Positions 42,560-43,248 of a DNA stretch of 43,248 bases are shown here, one piece after another (position 1 is the stretch's first letter; every line of letters begins with the position of its first letter). The position numbers and the translations under genes were made by a program. The notes beneath the pieces were generated by a model, which was given only the letters and a program-made list of their open reading frames with translations, had not been told where the DNA came from and ran no database searches. The DNA is from an uncultured Candidatus Saccharibacteria bacterium (GTDB lineage: Bacteria; Patescibacteriota; Dojkabacteria; SC72). Location of the stretch: assembly GCA_964557565.1 (NCBI GenBank), contig CAZLAH010000002.1, positions 17,682-60,929 of the forward strand. Reading direction: 5' to 3'.

Positions 42560-43248
42560 ATGAGTAAGATTAAAATACTACAAGGCCTAAATCTAGATTC
42601 TTCAATCTCAACAATTACAATTGAGATACAACAAACAGAGAATGCAGAGAGACTACTGAACCTAGTTAAAAGCTACCATCCCATTTTCGCTAAAGAGTTT
42701 TTCTTCGAGAAAGGCACCCTAACTATAAGATCAAATATCACATTCTTTTGGAGAGAAGTTGCAAATACTCTCATAGATCTTTCAGAAAGCAAAATTGATT
42801 TTGAGAAAACAAAAGATATCGTTGTAAATAAAGTAATAAAAGAAAGACTCTCCTCGATGACAACTATCCCCCTACTCCATACAGCGCATGCCATGCAGCT
42901 AGAAACTACACCTACAATATTAATGAACGAAAGAGTTGAATACACAAAGTCTTACAACAGACATTACACAATTGGTACTGGTAAAAACTCTCAAACTATA
43001 TATTCCATCTCATCTGGTAAAGATTCCAAGATTGCAAAAGAAATACAGAAAGATAAATGGTCTTCCAATCTCATGATCGAAAGATTAGGTCTCCCAATTC
43101 CTAAATGGGAAGTCATAGATACAATCTCGGACATAGAACGTGTATGGGCCAGCTATCAGAAACCTGTAGTAATAAAACCTACTGGCCTAGTTGGAGGACA
43201 CGGAGTTGTAGTAGGAATAGATTCTTTAGAGGAAGCGAAGAAGGCTTT
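42560..43248 (+). CDS. Cyanophycin synthetase-like protein, N-terminal part (N domain plus start of ATP-grasp); continues beyond the window
   Basis: Own translation: MSKIKILQGLNLDSSISTITIEIQ...KDSKIAKEIQKDKWSSNLMIERLGLPIPKWEVI...YQKPVVIKPTGLVGGHGVVVGIDSLEEAKKA... The layout is CphA-like: an N domain of about 160 aa, then an ATP-grasp entry (DK-x-x-[ST], then a VIKP...G-x-G motif). Confidence 0.6.
   Translation, partial: MSKIKILQGLNLDSSISTITIEIQQTENAERLLNLVKSYHPIFAKEFFFEKGTLTIRSNITFFWREVANTLIDLSESKIDFEKTKDIVVNKVIKERLSSMTTIPLLHTAHAMQLETTPTILMNERVEYTKSYNRHYTIGTGKNSQTIYSISSGKDSKIAKEIQKDKWSSNLMIERLGLPIPKWEVIDTISDIERVWASYQKPVVIKPTGLVGGHGVVVGIDSLEEAKKA

Noticed and set aside
1-43248. Alternative genetic code (UGA recoding, as in some CPR lineages)
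   Set aside because: Long conserved genes (topA, mfd, mrdA, cysS, dnaX) read through intact with full-length products under the standard code. No in-frame UGA interruptions are needed.
1-43248. Transposases, integrases, phage genes or a canonical defence system (RM, CRISPR-Cas, TA pairs)
   Set aside because: No ORF showed the corresponding motifs (DDE, tyrosine or serine recombinase, methyltransferase, Cas, PIN/HEPN and so on). The accessory regions are described as unknown modules rather than forced into these classes.

Overview
This is an AT-rich window (roughly one-third G+C by eye, not computed). It is very gene-dense, reads in the standard genetic code, and has the look of a small-genome monoderm bacterium. 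A CPR/Patescibacteria-like origin is an inference only. Most of the window is conserved housekeeping synteny. On the minus strand: cca(partial), pyrD, tRNA-Ser, rnhC-cysS-recR-ybaB-dnaX, mfd, pth-ybeY-yqeY-rpsU-rseP-frr-tsf-rpsB, radC-topA-dprA, mrdA-mreD-mreC-mreB and rpmB. On the plus strand: tRNA-Thr/Tyr/Thr, rpmG-tRNA-Trp-secE-nusG-rplK-rplA ... rplJ-rplL. Four accessory or unusual regions stand out. (1) 39.4-43.2 kb: a tightly coupled four-gene amidoligase operon directly after the rplL terminator, where rpoB normally lies. It encodes a 7TM protein, a RimK-related ATP-grasp fused to a retropepsin-like DTG domain, a stand-alone CphA/GshF-type ATP-grasp, and a CphA-like synthetase cut by the window edge. 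(2) 36.8-38.2 kb: a 1.4 kb insertion between rplA and rplJ with three Shine-Dalgarno-led small ORFs, one of them Cys-rich. Each ORF is followed by a long hairpin, and two of the hairpins are copies with a conserved stem and a variable loop. (3) 5.7-10.1 kb: a four-gene secreted/anchored surface-protein operon. Two putative fibre/adhesin subunits share a C-terminal domain, and two paralogous two-domain proteins carry C-terminal TM anchors. This resembles Firmicute Csc (WxL/DUF916) loci. (4) Non-coding elements: a promoter-led ~138 nt rod-like candidate sRNA upstream of the tRNA cluster, and twin 22-bp palindrome-containing repeats upstream of rpmG. In addition, ribosomal protein S2 carries a C-terminal extension ending in an RpoA-alphaCTD-like helix-hairpin-helix. 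All family assignments come from motif reading by eye; no database search was run.
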